Virus record (IMG/VR): IMGVR_UViG_3300014059_000005
Span: 1-64,000 of that record
Direction: 5' to 3' (one strand)
DNA from: a virus
Lineage: Duplodnaviria; Caudoviricetes
Length of the DNA stretch: 64,000 bases
Shown one piece after another: positions 36,048 through 46,231 of this stretch (its first letter is position 1; each line of letters begins with the position of its first letter). Below the pieces are notes generated by a model, which saw only the letters and a program-made list of their open reading frames with translations, did no database searches and was not told the DNA's origin. Made by a program: the position numbers and the translations under genes.

Positions 36048-36071
36048 TCCCTTACCCGATAGGAGTGTCTC

Positions 36072-36329
36072 ATGAGCGCTTCGAGAGAGCAGGACTTCAT
36101 CACGCTGGTTCGGCAGTACAACAAGGCGGTCTGGGACGGCATCCTGGCCCTCAAGGCCATGCAAAGCGAGTACAACGCCCTGGACTATGGCACCACCCTC
36201 GACGACGGTACGGGAGCTAATTCCGGCATCACCAAGGCGGACGTCGGGGCAGTGGTATTCGACACCACCAACGCCTTCATCACCTTGTTGGGAACCGGCC
36301 ACGCCACGAACATGGCCAAGTTGCTGTAA
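36072..36329 (+). CDS. small structural/chaperone-like protein
   Basis: AGGAG RBS, follows the fibre gene. Confidence 0.6.
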   Translation: MSASREQDFITLVRQYNKAVWDGILALKAMQSEYNALDYGTTLDDGTGANSGITKADVGAVVFDTTNAFITLLGTGHATNMAKLL

Positions 36330-36371
36330 GATCCCACAAGAGATTCCAGGAGGCCCCCCAAGAGAGGAACC

Positions 36372-36638
36372 ATGAGCAGCTCTGCGATGATGGAAATGGT
36401 CAAGAACGTGACCCGTTACACCGACGGCGTGGAGGACGAAGTCTCCGACCACACCGAACTCACGCAGGAGGAGATCCGGACCCTCCTCCAGAAGGACCAG
36501 GAGAAGAGAGTCCAGCAGTGCGGCAAGGAGTTGAACGAACTCCTCCAGAGGCTCAACTGCAAACTCACCGTCCGGCAGATGTGGACGGACGGCATCCCCG
36601 ATGGCAAGGCGTCGATCGTGATCCTCGCCAACGACTGA
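36372..36638 (+). CDS. hypothetical protein
   Basis: GAGGA RBS. Confidence 0.6.
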   Translation: MSSSAMMEMVKNVTRYTDGVEDEVSDHTELTQEEIRTLLQKDQEKRVQQCGKELNELLQRLNCKLTVRQMWTDGIPDGKASIVILAND

Positions 36639-36690
36639 GTCAAAGGTCTCCGAGGCAGGATACTCGAAGTAAGAATCCCCGAGGTGAGAT

Positions 36691-37245
36691 GTGGGTTTTG
36701 CACTCGATTACGCCCTGTCCCTGGGTGCTGGCAGATCAGGACTTACTGATCTGCAAGCCCTCATCGTGTCCTCCTCCGGGACCGCCGTCAGTGGTGTGAT
36801 CTCGGGTGGATTCACCGCGTTTGGTGGGGGTTTCTATCTCTGGCACTATGATCTGTTTCCCGACAACTTCCGGGGGGCGGTCTACTTCTGGTCTGCCGCC
36901 ACCTCGGGGACCCTTCTGTCTTTGAATGCCATCAACCCCCAGGAGACGGGCAACCTCTCTTCGGGCAGTATCACCGCCAATACCTATGCCTCGGGAGTCC
37001 TGACCAGCTATATCCCCTCCCAGGTGCTCACCTACGATTACTCCTATCTCTCTGGCAATATCGCCTCGGGCAACCTGGGTAGGAATCTCCTCAACGCCAC
37101 CCGTAAGCTCATCAATCGCTTCTCGCTGGTCTCTTCGAGCGGCTATCTCGATGTCTACCAGGAGGACGATAGTACGATCGCCTATCAGCAGGCGGTAGGT
37201 GTTACTAGTGGGGCACCTCCCATCACCAGCATGGACACGAGGTGA
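36691..37245 (+). CDS. SG-rich structural protein; C-terminal domain paralogous to 37832-38683
   Basis: Shared NTYASGVL...LLNATRKL.N.FS...SGYL.VYQEDD...TS.DTR. Confidence 0.7.
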   Translation: MGFALDYALSLGAGRSGLTDLQALIVSSSGTAVSGVISGGFTAFGGGFYLWHYDLFPDNFRGAVYFWSAATSGTLLSLNAINPQETGNLSSGSITANTYASGVLTSYIPSQVLTYDYSYLSGNIASGNLGRNLLNATRKLINRFSLVSSSGYLDVYQEDDSTIAYQQAVGVTSGAPPITSMDTR

Positions 37246-37248
37246 TGC

Positions 37249-37821
37249 ATGGCGTCTCAAGGACCCAGTAATGGAGGTGCGGCAACCAGCACATCGGTGC
37301 CCGTAGGGGAGTTCGACTGGATCAACCCAAATAATGTACTTACTCCCGATGGTGCTGGCACCACGGCCACAGCACCACGAGATGATGTCATCTCCAATGC
37401 CCTGGACGTGACCGGGTTCGGCTTCACGATCCCCAATGGGTCCTCCATCGATGGGATCGAGTTGGTGTTGACCAAGAAGGAGTCGGGATCGGCCGTTACG
37501 GATTGGGTGGTTCAGTTGTTGGATGCCGGAGCCCCTGTGGGCGACAACAAGATGGATTTTGGCAACGAGTGGTCAACTACCTACAACGCTCATCCTTATG
37601 GGGCAAGTAATGACACCTGGGGGTATGCCTGGACCCCGGCCAAGATCAATGCTTCTGGGTTCGGAATCCGCGTCGAATGCCATATCGCCATCGAAGCAGA
37701 AATTGCCTACATCGACGCCGCCCAGTTGACTGTTACCTACACCGAGGGAGCAGTCACCCATACGATGATTGCCCCTTTTACCATCAACGCCAATCGAATC
37801 GTGGGAACAGGATGCCTCTAG
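37249..37821 (+). CDS. beta-rich virion accessory protein
   Basis: FGFTIP..IDGIE..YGASNDTWG..INASGFG pattern. Confidence 0.65.
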   Translation: MASQGPSNGGAATSTSVPVGEFDWINPNNVLTPDGAGTTATAPRDDVISNALDVTGFGFTIPNGSSIDGIELVLTKKESGSAVTDWVVQLLDAGAPVGDNKMDFGNEWSTTYNAHPYGASNDTWGYAWTPAKINASGFGIRVECHIAIEAEIAYIDAAQLTVTYTEGAVTHTMIAPFTINANRIVGTGCL

Positions 37822-37831
37822 GGAGACCGAG

Positions 37832-38683
37832 ATGTTCGACCGTGCAAGATCGGGGCAGACTGTATACTTCACGATGGTTTCTGCCTTGAGCGGAAATCCG
37901 GTAGCAGGTATTGCCTCGGGCAATATCTCGGGACGACGGTGTATCGATGGTGGTGCCCAGACCGTCTGCTCAGGGCCAGTTATCGACGATGGGGGTGGAC
38001 AGTACCATCTCAACGGCTTTGCCCTCGATTTCGATGGCAACAATATCGGCTTCTATTTCACGGCCTCCGGCTGTGTCCCCGTATCCCTCATGGGGATTAC
38101 CCAGCAGAACGTCTCAGGCAAGCTCTATCCTGCCAGTGGTGCCTACATCGCTAGTGGGATCAATACCACGGTTCCAACCTCCAGTATATCGGGGACGGTA
38201 TTCGCCTCCGGTGGCAACGTGACGGTTCCGATCTCCAGTATCTCGGGAGTCGTCCCGGTCTCGGGAGCCACGGTTACGGTTCCGATTGCTAGTATTTCTG
38301 GTACGGTATTCGCCTCGGGTGGGAATGTCATCGTACCAATAGCAAGCATCTCCGGGGTGCAGATCGCTTCGGGGTCCTCCACCATCGGGACTCTGTTCTC
38401 GGGGACCGTCTCCACCAATACCTACGCCTCTGGTGTGCTCTCCTACACGATCCCCAGGAATACACTCCTGTTCGACTATACCAATCTCTCGGGCAACGTG
38501 GCCTCCGGGATCTCGGGGCGGTGTCTTCTCAACGCTACCCGCAAGCTCATGAACAAGTTCTCCTTCACCGATGTTTCTGGCTACCTCTCGGTCTATCAGG
38601 AGGACGACGCTCTGCTGGCCTTCCAGCAAGCAACCACATCGGCCAGTGGGGCAACACCTGTAACATCTTTGGATACCCGATGA
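37832..38683 (+). CDS. SG-rich structural protein with VTVPIxSISG repeats
   Basis: Four ~17-aa internal repeats; paralogous C-terminus. Confidence 0.7.
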   Translation: MFDRARSGQTVYFTMVSALSGNPVAGIASGNISGRRCIDGGAQTVCSGPVIDDGGGQYHLNGFALDFDGNNIGFYFTASGCVPVSLMGITQQNVSGKLYPASGAYIASGINTTVPTSSISGTVFASGGNVTVPISSISGVVPVSGATVTVPIASISGTVFASGGNVIVPIASISGVQIASGSSTIGTLFSGTVSTNTYASGVLSYTIPRNTLLFDYTNLSGNVASGISGRCLLNATRKLMNKFSFTDVSGYLSVYQEDDALLAFQQATTSASGATPVTSLDTR

Positions 38684-38692
38684 GAGGGAATC

Positions 38693-39142
38693 ATGACTAT
38701 AGGCTATTCTGGACTGCGAAATGAACTACTCACCGATCCCTTGAATGTAGGGTACGCGAGTTACATTTCTGGAGCACATCCGGGCAACGATCGTATGTTG
38801 GCCGATCTGGTCAACTCCGTGCAATCCGGGTCCAATGTGTTCCGTGATGACATTACTCCCAAGGAAGTGATCCAGAGGATCCTTCCAGCGGATTTCGCCG
38901 GGATGTCCCAGATCCAACTTTCCCGATTGAATGTGTTGTTCCAGTCGGCACCGATCGACACCACAATCCCCAATATTCGGCAATCGTTCATGGCGGTATT
39001 TTCAGGAGGTAGCTATTCTGGCACCATCAACTCTCTGAACCAGATGTCTCGAAGGGAGGGGACCCGAGCGGAAGTCCTGTTCGGTGCCAATACCGTGGTC
39101 GGGCAGGGCGATATTTCTTTCGCCCTGCGGGGGGTAAAGTGA
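38693..39142 (+). CDS. hypothetical structural protein
   Basis: LRNELLTDP..GYA...RAEVLFG. Confidence 0.65.
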   Translation: MTIGYSGLRNELLTDPLNVGYASYISGAHPGNDRMLADLVNSVQSGSNVFRDDITPKEVIQRILPADFAGMSQIQLSRLNVLFQSAPIDTTIPNIRQSFMAVFSGGSYSGTINSLNQMSRREGTRAEVLFGANTVVGQGDISFALRGVK

Positions 39143-39143
39143 C

Positions 39144-39587
39144 ATGCCGCAAACGGTCAACTATATCCAGAGTGGGGCAATCACCGTTCTCATGTCTGGG
39201 GAGTTGGATTCCCTGGCCAACAACGGGACAGCCGCCTCTCTGGTGGATTTCAACAACGCCTCGGGCTATCCCCTGGCGTACATCGAATTCACGGGTCCTC
39301 CCCGGTCATATACCGCCAGCACGGGCCTGTCCGTGTGGTTCTTGCAGGCGTTCACCTCGGGGCAGTACGAGGATGGGTCATTGACCACCTCGGGTATGGC
39401 CAATCGACTACCAAACATCACCATTCCGTTCAATTCTGGTAGCCAGCGGGTGATCCGGCAGTGTCAGATCCCCAACCAGTGGTTCCGCACTCTGGTGAGC
39501 AATGCCGGTACTGGGGTGGCTCTGGGAACCTCTGGTAATATTCTTCGTATCTACCCTCTGACCTATCAGATTTCTTCCGGAGCGTAA
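39144..39587 (+). CDS. hypothetical structural protein
   Basis: ELDSLANNG...N.GTGVAL..SGN. Confidence 0.65.
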   Translation: MPQTVNYIQSGAITVLMSGELDSLANNGTAASLVDFNNASGYPLAYIEFTGPPRSYTASTGLSVWFLQAFTSGQYEDGSLTTSGMANRLPNITIPFNSGSQRVIRQCQIPNQWFRTLVSNAGTGVALGTSGNILRIYPLTYQISSGA

Positions 39588-40799
39588 ATGCTGCTGGCTC
39601 CCGGTATCGAATCTTGCGATCTGGGGTTCCTGGATTTGATGAATCCAGTGAACGTCAACTCATCTCTGAACCAGGGGTTGGTTTCCCGTTGGCAGGTCGT
39701 TCCTGGTCTGGAGGGGACCAATTTCTGGTATGACCTGTGCGGGAGAAATAAGGGCACGCTGACAAACGGGCCGACGTGGGACGGGGCGACAGGTCGGCAG
39801 GGTGGTTCAGGGTCGGTCAGGTTCGACGGGTCGAACGACCGCGTACAACTGGCGTCGGCGTCCTACTCCGGGGCACAGGGATCGGTGAGTGCCTGGGTGC
39901 GCCCTTCCGGGGTAACATCGGGGACGCTCGCGGCGTTCTTCGGCGTGGGGGGTTCCGGGACGGGGCAATGGATCCTGTCCCTGCGCCCCAGCGGGAGTTT
40001 GTACCGGCTGGAGTTCTACCAGAAGTCCGACGCGGCAGGAACGACCAACTTCCTCATCAACGCCGGCAACTACACCTACCCCGACGGGGCGTGGATTCAC
40101 CTGACGGTCACGGCGAACGGCTCGGCGTGGAACCTGTACGAGAACGGCAAGATACAGCCCGGCGCCTGGATCGTGGTGACGGGGTCGAACGCCGGGACGT
40201 GGATCGGATCGACCACGATAGCCTCGGCAGTCGCGACGGTCGGATCGACCTATGTGAGCGGATCGTATTTGTACCCCTTCAAGGGGGTCCTCGACGATGT
40301 TCGGGTCTGGGAACGCGCCCTGTCCTCCGGCGAGGCGAAAGCCGTCTATGAGGACTCGCGGGCGGGAAGCCCGCAGACGCTGAACTGGATCAGTCCCTAC
40401 TACGTTCCCAGGCAGTTAACGGCCCAGGAGCCAGTCCCCGGCGATGTGTATGGATTGTTTGGTGGCGGAGACTTTACCGGCATCCAGATGGGTGTCCCGC
40501 CCGAAGCCATCGCTGCTGTTGGCGGCTACCAGGGTCTTTTGGACTTCATCGGTATTCCTTATGGATTACCCTCTCAGATCACACCCTCCGCAGGCAACCA
40601 GGCGGCAGCCCGGAGGAGATTCTATCGCCATGTAGTCATGCACCAGACCTATCGGAGTATTCTCGATCACAGTAGGATGACCGAAGTTGCGCACCTGGCA
40701 CTGGTAAACCGTATCGCGAACCAGTGGAACGAGTACCAGGCACAACTGGCGAGGTCCAGGGAAATCGCCATTTTTGCGACCTTACTGTCGGAGGTCTAA
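39588..40799 (+). CDS. LamG/concanavalin A-like lectin domain protein
   Basis: GTLTNGPTW, FDGSND, SVSAWVRP, WIHLTVT, LYENG, FKGVLDDVRVWERALS. Confidence 0.85.
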   Translation: MLLAPGIESCDLGFLDLMNPVNVNSSLNQGLVSRWQVVPGLEGTNFWYDLCGRNKGTLTNGPTWDGATGRQGGSGSVRFDGSNDRVQLASASYSGAQGSVSAWVRPSGVTSGTLAAFFGVGGSGTGQWILSLRPSGSLYRLEFYQKSDAAGTTNFLINAGNYTYPDGAWIHLTVTANGSAWNLYENGKIQPGAWIVVTGSNAGTWIGSTTIASAVATVGSTYVSGSYLYPFKGVLDDVRVWERALSSGEAKAVYEDSRAGSPQTLNWISPYYVPRQLTAQEPVPGDVYGLFGGGDFTGIQMGVPPEAIAAVGGYQGLLDFIGIPYGLPSQITPSAGNQAAARRRFYRHVVMHQTYRSILDHSRMTEVAHLALVNRIANQWNEYQAQLARSREIAIFATLLSEV

Positions 40800-41143
40800 T
40801 GCCTAGTGTCATCGTCTCCGCAGCCTCCGGCTCGCCCTTCCCCTTGGTATCGGGGAACTTCTGGAGTGGAAATACTTCACTGCATCCCTATGGCGGGGTG
40901 CAACTGAAGGCTAGCCCCCTGAACTCGGGGCATGTCTACGTTTCCCTCTCCGGAGGCGGGACCATCACCTCGGGTAGCTATTTCCTCTCGGGAGTCAACA
41001 CCACCGATGGGATGTTCCTGGCACCAGGCGACACCTACTTCGTCCCCAAGTTGGCGATGGCCTCTGGTGGTTATTTCAACCTGTTCGTGACCTGTGACGC
41101 AGCGGCATCCGGTCAGGGACGTTTGTTCTACGAGGTGTTCTAA
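40799..41143 (+). CDS. small SG-rich protein
   Basis: TAATG coupling to the LamG gene. Confidence 0.65.
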   Translation: MPSVIVSAASGSPFPLVSGNFWSGNTSLHPYGGVQLKASPLNSGHVYVSLSGGGTITSGSYFLSGVNTTDGMFLAPGDTYFVPKLAMASGGYFNLFVTCDAAASGQGRLFYEVF

Positions 41144-41167
41144 CCCTCCGATATTTAGGAGAGACCT

Positions 41168-41416
41168 ATGCAAGTTCTTACACCGCTTCCGTTACCATCC
41201 GCCAATATGGTTTCCATGAATTCGCTCAAAGTTGGAGATGGATTTCTTCGTGTTGGGGGTACTCCCCCAACAACCACGGATAATTTCTGGATCCTGGCCA
41301 GGATCGACGCTAACAAGAACATCGATATGTTCAACCCAGTGGATGGGAGTTATATCACTGGAGTTGCTGGAAATTCTCCCTGTGTGCCGCTTCCCTGTCG
41401 AATCGTCCCCATTTGA
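41168..41416 (+). CDS. hypothetical protein
   Basis: AGGAG RBS. Confidence 0.55.
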   Translation: MQVLTPLPLPSANMVSMNSLKVGDGFLRVGGTPPTTTDNFWILARIDANKNIDMFNPVDGSYITGVAGNSPCVPLPCRIVPI

Positions 41417-41428
41417 TGCCGTGGCTAG

Positions 41429-44400
41429 GTGTGGGGGCAGAGAAGGGTTAGGGAGAGTGAGTTTGGGGACATAGGTGCGGGGGCAGCGAGGGTGCTGATA
41501 CCTCTACCGATCCTGACGGAGGAGAATGACTTGCTCAACTCGGTGCAACTCCTGTCGGGGTCCGTGACCTCTGGTTTGATCGGCAACGGAGCGGTGGTCT
41601 CTGGATCCATCGCAGCCGGGTCGATCACCACGGCTCACTTCGCCTCCGGTGGAGTAGGTTCTGGGGCCTATGGCTCTGGATCCATCGTCTGGACGAACAT
41701 CGCCTCCGGTGCTGTTGTCTCGGGACACCTGGCTCCCTCCTCCGTCAACTCGGGGAATATCTCCTCTGGAGTCCTTGGTAGGGTCCATGTCTCTTCCGGT
41801 GGTTTCCTCTCCGGATCCATTGCTTCGGGATCACTCGGTCCTGCCTCCTTCTCTGCCAACTCGGTGACTTCAGGTCATCTCACCTCCGGTGCCGTCAACT
41901 CCGGTAACATCACCTCCGGAGTCGTCGGCACTGTCCATATTGCCAGTGGGGGCCTCGGTTCTGGGGCCATTGGCTCTGGGCAGATTGGCCCCACCCATTT
42001 CGCCTCTGGACTCATTGGCAATTCCTCGGGATCCGTGGTCTCTGGTGTCCTTGCCAATGGCTCCGTGGTCTCGGGATCCTTTGCCTCCGGTGTGATCTCC
42101 AGGTTCGCTCTCGCCTCTGGTGCAGTCAATTCGGGACAACTGGCCAACACCTCCGTCAATTCGGGGACGGTCTCCAGTGGCACCCTGGGAACGGTACACA
42201 TCGCCTCTGGTGGATTGGGTTCTGGGGCTCTGGGATCTGGCCAGGTTGGTCTCACCCATCTGGCCTCGGGGCTCACGGTGCTCTCCTCGGGAGCCACAGT
42301 CTCGGGCTATATCGGCAATAACGCCGTCAACTCCGGCAACCTCTCCTCCGGAGTGGTGTCACGTTATCATCTTGCATCTGGCGCAGTTCTGTCTGGGCAT
42401 ATCGGTAATAGTGCTGTTGGTTCCGGCAACCTTGCTGCTTCTGTTATTGGAACCATTCACATCATCTCCGGTGGCGTCTCCTCGGGGGCGATCGGCTCGG
42501 GACAGGTAGGTACTTTCCATCTGGCTTCTGGTGCCGCTGCATCGGGCCAACTGGGCAACACCTCGGTCAACTCCGGAACCCTGGCCTCGGGTATCCTGGG
42601 ATCGGTCCATATCGCCTCGGGCGGTCTGTCTTCTGGCACCGTGGCCTCGGGATCTCTGACTCAGTTCAATCTGGCCTCCGGTGTGGTGGTTCTTACCTCG
42701 GGTGCCGTGGTCTCCGGTTACATCGGCAACACCGCCATCACTTCTGGGAACTACTCTTCGGGTAGTATTTCCCGCTTCGCAATGGCCTCTGGAGCCATCA
42801 ACTCCGGACAGGTAGGTAACGCCGCCGTAACCTCCGGGAACGTCTCCTCGGGCTCTCTGGGAACCACCCACATTGCCTCGGGCGGTTTGGTCTCGGGTGC
42901 AGTAGCCTCGGGCACACTGACTCAGTTCAATCTTGCCAGTGGTCTATACCTCCTGGCCTCCGGAGCCACTGTCTCTGGTTACATCGGCAATGCTGCTGTA
43001 ACCTCGGGGAATCTCTCCTCGGGGTCTGTTTCCCGCTACCACATGGCCTCGGGGTCCGTCGCTTCGGGGCATATCCTGGCTGGTGCAGTCAACTCCGGCC
43101 AGGTTGCCTCGGGAGTCCTTGGAGCCGTCCATATCGCTTCTGGGGGCCTGGCGTCTGGCTCCATCGCCTCGGGAACCATCCTCCCAGAGAATCTGGGAAG
43201 TGGTCTGTTCTTCCTGTCCTCGGGATCGGTCGTCTCGGGGTATGTTGGCAATGCCGCTGTCAATTCCGGGAACCTTGGATCGGGCAGTGTTGGCAGGATG
43301 CACCTGGCCTCTGGAGCCGTCAACTCGGGCCACCTGGTCACGGCCTCGGTCAACTCGGGGAACATCTCCAGTGGCTCGCTATTCACCTTTCTCGTCACCT
43401 CCGGTGGTCTCGGATCCGGTGCCATTGGTGCTGGCCAGATTGGTAACGCACATCTCGCTTCTGGGGCTGCTGTTTCTGGGACTATCGGAAACAGCGCTGT
43501 CGTATCCGGATCCGTGGCTTCTGGCTCTCTGGCTTGGGTACACATCGCTAGCGCTGGCCTTACTTCTGGGAATTACGCTTCAGGTTCCATCGGCCAGTTC
43601 CATCTTGCCTCGGGCGTGGTTGCCTCGGGAGCGCTCGGTGATAGCTCGGTCGCATCGGGTACTGTCGCTTCCGGAGTCCTCGGAACCGTACACATCTCCT
43701 CCGGAGGCTTAGGGTCCGGTGCGTTCGGCTCTGGTCAGATTGGCCAGTTCCATCTGGCTTCTGGTGTCATCCTGGCTTCTGGAACGATTGGCCGTTTGCA
43801 GCTTGCTTCTGGAGCGGTCAACTCCGGGCATATCGCGAGCGGTGCAGTCCTTGGATCGCTGGGAGGCGGTGCGAGGACGATTGCTTCCGGGACCATCGGC
43901 CCACTGGAAATGGGCTCTGGTTCGATCTCGTCGGGGTCTCTGGCTTCAGGGCAGGTCGGGGTCAACCACCTGGCGAGTGGTGTAGCAGTTGGTAATCTGG
44001 CAGCGGAAGCCATCGTCTCGGGACTGGTAGCTTCGGGTTCGCTGTCCTGGCTGCACATCGCCAATGCTGGAGTCCTCTCCGGCAATATCGGCTCGGGACA
44101 GATTGGCCGTTACCACATGGCCTCGGGCATCATTGCCTCGGGTGCCCTCCAGGCTGGAACCGTAGACGGTGCCAATTCTTCGGGTGCCCACAACATCGCC
44201 TCGGGGACGGTGGGAACCTTCGATCTCGGTTCTGGGATCATCTTTGCCCATCACCACGCATCGGGCTCGGTTCTGTCCGGTCACATCGCCTCCGGACAGG
44301 TCTCCAACAGGCATCTGGCATCAGGTTGTATCGTCTCGGGTCTTCTGGGTTCTGGCTCCGTGGCCTGGCCCTCTCTGGCCGATGCTGGGGTCCGATCGGG

Positions 44401-45052
44401 AACACTCTCTTCGGGTATTGTCTCCCAGTTCCATCTGGCCTCGGGGGCGGTCAACTCGGGGCAACTGGGCTCGGGCTCGGTGGTATTCGATACCATCGCT
44501 TCGGGGGCCGTCCAGACCACCTCTATTGCCTCGGGAACGATCCAGACACAGAACCTGGCCTCTGGATCGATCCTGACCCAAAATATCTCTTCGGGGGCCG
44601 TCCAGGCTGCGAACATTGCCTCCGGTGCGGTACAGCCACACCACATCGCTCCAAATTGTGCGCTCTATCTTAGCTACCCCACCGCTGAGATGATCTCGGG
44701 CTTCCGGGTGGTCTGCCTGACCTCGGGTTTGACACTCCTGCGGAGTCACGCTGGATCGGGTCTCCAGTTACCGGCTCTGGGCATAGTTGCCAGCAACTAT
44801 GTCTCGGGTGCCACGGCTCTGGTCTGTGTACATGGACCCCAGATCACCACCAGTGGCCTGGATGCCACCTGGAGCGGTATGGGCTCCAAGAAGCTCTATG
44901 TGGGCTCTGGGGGCCTCCTGGTGACACAGTCAGGGCTCCTATCGGGAATGGCCTGGCAGTCGTTGGGTATCGGCACCAGCGGTGGAGTTCTGGTGTTGGC
45001 CAATACCATCGTGGTCAGTGGTGGTACTACGGCCCAGGGTAATATCTTCTAA
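41429..45052 (+). CDS. giant Ser-Gly repeat protein (5/10-residue period, probable beta-solenoid fibre)
   Basis: (I/L/V)(A/S/G)SG(x) repeated throughout, with periodic His; start uncertain. Confidence 0.8.
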   Translation: MWGQRRVRESEFGDIGAGAARVLIPLPILTEENDLLNSVQLLSGSVTSGLIGNGAVVSGSIAAGSITTAHFASGGVGSGAYGSGSIVWTNIASGAVVSGHLAPSSVNSGNISSGVLGRVHVSSGGFLSGSIASGSLGPASFSANSVTSGHLTSGAVNSGNITSGVVGTVHIASGGLGSGAIGSGQIGPTHFASGLIGNSSGSVVSGVLANGSVVSGSFASGVISRFALASGAVNSGQLANTSVNSGTVSSGTLGTVHIASGGLGSGALGSGQVGLTHLASGLTVLSSGATVSGYIGNNAVNSGNLSSGVVSRYHLASGAVLSGHIGNSAVGSGNLAASVIGTIHIISGGVSSGAIGSGQVGTFHLASGAAASGQLGNTSVNSGTLASGILGSVHIASGGLSSGTVASGSLTQFNLASGVVVLTSGAVVSGYIGNTAITSGNYSSGSISRFAMASGAINSGQVGNAAVTSGNVSSGSLGTTHIASGGLVSGAVASGTLTQFNLASGLYLLASGATVSGYIGNAAVTSGNLSSGSVSRYHMASGSVASGHILAGAVNSGQVASGVLGAVHIASGGLASGSIASGTILPENLGSGLFFLSSGSVVSGYVGNAAVNSGNLGSGSVGRMHLASGAVNSGHLVTASVNSGNISSGSLFTFLVTSGGLGSGAIGAGQIGNAHLASGAAVSGTIGNSAVVSGSVASGSLAWVHIASAGLTSGNYASGSIGQFHLASGVVASGALGDSSVASGTVASGVLGTVHISSGGLGSGAFGSGQIGQFHLASGVILASGTIGRLQLASGAVNSGHIASGAVLGSLGGGARTIASGTIGPLEMGSGSISSGSLASGQVGVNHLASGVAVGNLAAEAIVSGLVASGSLSWLHIANAGVLSGNIGSGQIGRYHMASGIIASGALQAGTVDGANSSGAHNIASGTVGTFDLGSGIIFAHHHASGSVLSGHIASGQVSNRHLASGCIVSGLLGSGSVAWPSLADAGVRSGTLSSGIVSQFHLASGAVNSGQLGSGSVVFDTIASGAVQTTSIASGTIQTQNLASGSILTQNISSGAVQAANIASGAVQPHHIAPNCALYLSYPTAEMISGFRVVCLTSGLTLLRSHAGSGLQLPALGIVASNYVSGATALVCVHGPQITTSGLDATWSGMGSKKLYVGSGGLLVTQSGLLSGMAWQSLGIGTSGGVLVLANTIVVSGGTTAQGNIF

Positions 45053-45074
45053 GGATCTTCTAGGGGAAGTTCTC

Positions 45075-45728
45075 ATGGCGGGAGAAGTGCAGTTCACCTA
45101 CAGGACCGGGGCGACCTGCTACTTCCTGGTCCGAAATGCTACCGGCCAGGTATGGAATACCTCGGGCACCGGGGCCTTCGTTACCTACGATGCTAGCTAC
45201 TACTCCTCCTATTCCATCTCCTGCTCCGAGCAGGGAACCGGATCCTCCTACTATGTGGGGAATTTTCCCATGGCGATCCCGCCTGGAGTCTACCCCACGG
45301 TGGCGAAGTCTCAGATTGCTGGATCGGGAGTGGAAAGCGACCCAACCGCTGCACAGGGAGATGTGCAGTACAAGGGCTATGGCTCTGGCATGATGGGCCT
45401 TCCCGATCTCATGCAATCCGGCATCGTTCAGACCCCCAAGTTGCAACGCCAGACGATGGTGCAGAACTTCCCGGTCTATCTCAAGTCCTCGGTGGATCAT
45501 GCCACACCATTCGTCTCCGGGACGGTGTCTGGGCAGATCGCCCGTGATGGTGGCACATTCGGCCCGCTTCAGTCCGGGGCAATCACCGAGACAGGTATGG
45601 GCTGGTACACGCTCCAGGCTCTGACCTCGGGGGATCTCAATGCCAATACCGTCAAGTTGCTCTTTACTGCTACTGCTACAGGTGGCGGTTCTTCGGATCC
45701 CCTGCCGATGGCCTTCGTGCTCCAGTAA
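45075..45728 (+). CDS. SG-rich structural protein (baseplate/collar-like)
   Basis: GGGGAAG RBS; ITETGMGWY..LTSGDLN pattern. Confidence 0.6.
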   Translation: MAGEVQFTYRTGATCYFLVRNATGQVWNTSGTGAFVTYDASYYSSYSISCSEQGTGSSYYVGNFPMAIPPGVYPTVAKSQIAGSGVESDPTAAQGDVQYKGYGSGMMGLPDLMQSGIVQTPKLQRQTMVQNFPVYLKSSVDHATPFVSGTVSGQIARDGGTFGPLQSGAITETGMGWYTLQALTSGDLNANTVKLLFTATATGGGSSDPLPMAFVLQ

Positions 45729-46028
45729 TCGCATACCGATCTAGGTGCTATCATGCCCATCGATTACTCGACCTACTACGGATCTCTGGGGATGATCCCT
45801 TTACCGGATTGGGTCATGTCCTCGGATACCTATGGCACACAGGAACAGGGAACGAATAATGTTCCCATAGTAGCTGCCTCCAATTCCAATTCGGTGTCCA
45901 TCACTGGGAATCACAATCCAGCGGCGATTTCTTGATTGACTGATTTTCTACCGATTACACCCAATTACGAAAGATTCTCGGAAAATACCCTATCCCTCTA
46001 TTGCGCCTGGAGGTATATATCAGTATAT

Positions 46029-46229
46029 ATGGTCAAGTTCCTCTTGAACCTCCCATCTGGGGACCTGGAAGAACTGCGAAGGATTTCCCTAACCACGGGA
46101 ATCCCGGTCTCTCAGCATATCCGGATAGCGATAGGGAACTATCTCCATAGTGGCTCGATCTCCTGCTCTCTGTTCGTGAGCGGGTCGGTGGTCTCGGGAA
46201 GTCTGATCGCTATAAGGGTAGGAGGATAG
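46029..46229 (+). CDS. ribbon-helix-helix DNA-binding protein
   Basis: MVKFLLNLP..DLEELRRIS..TGIPVSQHIRIAIGNYL. Confidence 0.65.
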   Translation: MVKFLLNLPSGDLEELRRISLTTGIPVSQHIRIAIGNYLHSGSISCSLFVSGSVVSGSLIAIRVGG

Positions 46230-46231
46230 AG

